From Malacoraja senta (lineage: Eukaryota), in assembly GCA_038087875.1 (NCBI GenBank), contig CM075993.1:5146001-5210000 (forward strand): a stretch of DNA of 64,000 bases, given 5' to 3'. The position numbers and the translations under genes are program-made. The notes below the pieces were generated by a model. The model saw nothing but the letters and a program-made list of their open reading frames with translations. It ran no database searches and was not told the DNA's origin. Below are positions 60,998-64,000 of the stretch, piece after piece. Each line of letters starts with the position of its first letter. The stretch's first letter is position 1.

Positions 60998-62075
60998 GAT
61001 GCATTTATATAGTGCCTTCCCCAATTGTTTTGCATCAAATTAAATAAGTATTTTTGAATGATTATCATTGCAATGTAGGAAATTATAGCAGTCAGTGTTA
61101 ATTTGTACACATCAATATTCTCAGAAAGAGCAATGTGCTAACGACCAGATAATCAGTTTTTCATGATATCAGTTAAGGATAAACATTGGCCAGGACACCT
61201 GGGAGAATCCTGTTCTTCTTCAAAAGAGCATAGCAGTGCAGCCGATAATGTTGCTGCCTTGTATCTCTGGGGAACGGAGTGTAATTCAGAATTTGAGAGC
61301 TGTCTGTGTGGAGTTTGCACATTCTCTCCGTGACCACAAGTTTTCTCTGGTGTTCTCTCTAAAGATTAACTGCCTACTGTAGATTAATTGGCAAGTGTAA
61401 GTAGCTTCTTGGTATAGATAGCAACAAAAATAATCAAAGGGAAGTTGATATGCATGGGAAAAAAGGGGAATGAGACTGGATTGCTCTGCTGAGAGCTGGT
61501 GCAGACCTGATGGTCCGAATGATCCTCTCCTGCCAGCTTTGTCCTGTCCTCTCTTCTGGCATTCCTCCCTTGCGACCCCCCCCCCCCCCCCATAATCTGT
61601 GTGAAGAAGGGTCTCAACTGGAAACGTTGCCTATCCATGTTCTCCAGAGATGCTGCCTGACCCATTGAGTTACTCCAGCACTTTGTGTCTTTTTTTAATT
61701 TCAAAAGTAATCAATTGGCTCTGAGACCAGAATGTGTTAAAGTCGTAAAAAAATGCCTGAAAAAGGCACATTATAAACAGAAAACGCAATGCTGTATTTT
61801 AGTAATTCATTTATCTACATAAAATTAAGCTTCTCCTCACAGGGGTAATAAATAACATGTTGACAGGGAATCTTTAACATCCACTTGACAAGGCAGATGG
61901 GACCTCAGCAAGTGTTTTATCCACAAGATTACACCTTTGACAATGCAGCAATCCTCCCAAAGCAACCCAGCATTGGCAGCATCAATTTAGGTTGTGTCTT
62001 TAGTCCCTGAGATGGATTTGAACATCCCTTTCATCTCAGAGGTGAGAATGTTATCAACTGGGCTATGACTGATAT
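60998..62075 (-). mobile_element. DeuSINE (SacSINE1/AmnSINE1-like) split into 60998-61228 and 61865-62075 by a V-SINE (61229-61530) and a Penelope pLTR (61535-61690)
   Basis: tgcatttatatagtgcctt...agcaatgtgctaacgaccagataatc...aaacattggccaggacacctgggagaa, then atctttaacatccacttga..ggcagatgggacctc...ctcagaggtgagaatgttatcaactg, as recalled for the Deu-domain consensus. Confidence 0.75.
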
Positions 62076-63238
62076 GACTGACAAAATAAGTGCTCTAATT
62101 ATTGACTCCAGAAGGGAAGCTAATTGACCCAAGAGAGGAAAATTAAAGACAGCTAAAGTTTCTGCTTTATTACTACTGAAGGACCGCTCATGTAGATTTT
62201 TATATAAAATATGCCCACGTCCTATTCGGCCAATATGCTGTTTGTGATCATTGAGAAAATGGACAACATGCGTGATAAAATATGGGTAATGTCAGTCCAT
62301 GGTTGAATAGACTAATGTCACTTTCTGTCTGGCCTTATGTGAAATATGTGCACTGAGATAAAATATGGGGCTGTCAATATCCATAAACCAATGGATATAC
62401 AGCAATAACCACCACCTCCATTCAAAGCGATGATGTAAATGTTCCAGCACAAGACTCCATGTGTTAAATGGATGAGTACCCACAATTTTCCCCTGAGGAG
62501 AAGCCGATTTTTACATGGATAAATCAATTACTAAAACACAGTATCAGTTTCACTGTTCACAGTGTGTCTGAACTGTTTACTAAAAATAATGTGCGTTTTT
62601 AGGGCACTTTTAACAACCTGAAGGCTTTCTGATATCTCAGACCCAATTAAATACTTTTGAAGGACGATCAATGTGGTAATGAACAGAGAGATTTTCACCA
62701 GTTTATGCACATTTAGTTTGAAGCCAGCAACAGGGCTCTGTCAGTAAATTAAAAAGTATCCAAGGCATCCCGTCTTAAAATGATACATGTATATATCGAA
62801 TCTTTCGGAAAATAGAATCCAGAGAAGGAATGATAATACAAAAGTACAATACAAATATATTTATAATACGAAAGAGTGTGGTGTAATATTTATTACCTTA
62901 AGAAATGTTCTGCTCGGAGAATTATTATTATTTTTTTAAATGTATTATTCTTTTTCAGAATGAGAAGGTCAATGGCTGTCACCACTGTGGTTCTGGTAAT
63001 AATGCTATTGGGGAGGGAGTTCCAGGATACACATCATCAATGATAAAGAAGAAACGATATGCTTCTAAGTCAGGATGGTGAGCGACTTTGTCATTGGGAT
63101 AGGACAAGTCTTTGATCATGTTGGCTGCTTTCCTGAGTGAACTGGAGTCCGAGTCAGTTTAGATTTAAGATTTTTGGCACGTACTGAGGTATAACGAAAA
63201 GCTTTATTTTGCATACTTATGAGTAAATCACACATACT

Positions 63239-63451
63239 AGGCCATTTTTGCAAAGAAAGAAACCATTTCATTGAATGCTGTCGAGCCCGTGGGAATCGCT
63301 CATTCCCAAGGCAGTCTGTGCACCTGTTAAAACATGAAGATTCTGATATCGAGTACCAAGAGCTACCAGCACCTCCTCCGGTTACTCTCCCCAAGCATGA
63401 AGATAAGTCATAACATACACTCCCTGGTTGATCCCACTTCTGACACCATGT
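63239..63451. mobile_element. Captured Gypsy-type LTR retrotransposon fragments: Gag zinc knuckle (+) and tRNA-Leu PBS (-)
   Basis: xHFCKERNHFIECCR fits CX2CX4HX4C lacking the first Cys; minus-strand ACA-TGGTGTCAGAAGTGGGAT; 19-bp duplication tgagtaaatcacacatact. Confidence 0.75.
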
Positions 63452-64000
63452 TGAGTAAATCACACATACTCACAAATCTGGTATAACAATATTTATTGCA
63501 TAACGTATAGAACACACTACAGCATGTTACTCCTACCATACAGCAGTACTGACTGGCAGCACTGGTAGGTGGAGCTTATAATAATAAAGCACTACGTTGA
63601 TTAGTAAGTTCATCTTTGATCATGTCGGCTGCTTTTCCGAGGCAGTATGGTGTAGGTTGAATCAATGGTGTGAAATCTGGTCTATGTGATGGACTCAGCT
63701 GCATCTGCAGCTCTCTGCAATTTCTTGCAGTCTAGGGCAGAACTATTCCCAAAATCAAGCTATGATGCAGCCCGACAGTATGCTTTCTATGGTGCATCTG
63801 CACGGATGTGTAAATGCAATCAGAGTAGCCATGGAAAATTGCAACTGTGTGATTGTAACTGGTACACATTTGGAATAATATGATATGAGAAAGATACTGA
63901 TAGATGGTTCCCTGAATCCACTTTGTAAAACAGATCTTCTCTTTCTGTTTCAATCTGGTTTAAACAGCATAGTGAAGCTGACACATTTCAAGCATAGCAG

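Noticed and set aside
63431-63448. tRNA-Leu gene
   Set aside because: Only the 3' 18 nt with encoded CCA are present and there is no cloverleaf; this fits a PBS.

Overview
Repeat-rich vertebrate genomic DNA, most likely a cartilaginous fish (skate/ray inferred from HER1-type CR1 LINEs, HE1-type V-SINEs and a SacSINE1-type DeuSINE). No prokaryotic genes or CRISPR arrays. The one well-supported host gene signal is a CpG island at ~55.2-55.9 kb driving a minus-strand gene: a non-coding exon 1, a 79-nt intron, then an exon encoding a signal peptide (MIFTICTLFLLLVFIPLQKSH/G). I could not name the gene and found no convincing further coding exon, so positions 1-55,199 are probably one large intron. 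Nearly all listed ORFs are transposon remnants or noise. Repeats seen: CR1, L2 and Rex/Babar-type LINE pieces, Penelope-like elements, PIF/Harbinger and hAT-type MITEs, and SINEs. Most interesting observations: (1) Penelope-derived fold-back inserts with minimal hammerhead ribozyme cores and 11-17 bp target duplications; (2) a 213-bp capture joining a Gypsy Gag zinc knuckle to an oppositely oriented tRNA-Leu primer-binding site within a 19-bp duplication; (3) a 19-nt locally templated filler at a CR1 5' junction; (4) a teleost-like L2 (horizontal-transfer candidate); (5) a G-quadruplex plus start-stop uORF in the gene's 5' UTR; (6) a possible internal promoter/exon at ~15 kb. I cannot claim a wholly new biological system. 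All coordinates were counted by hand and family names come from recall, not database searches.
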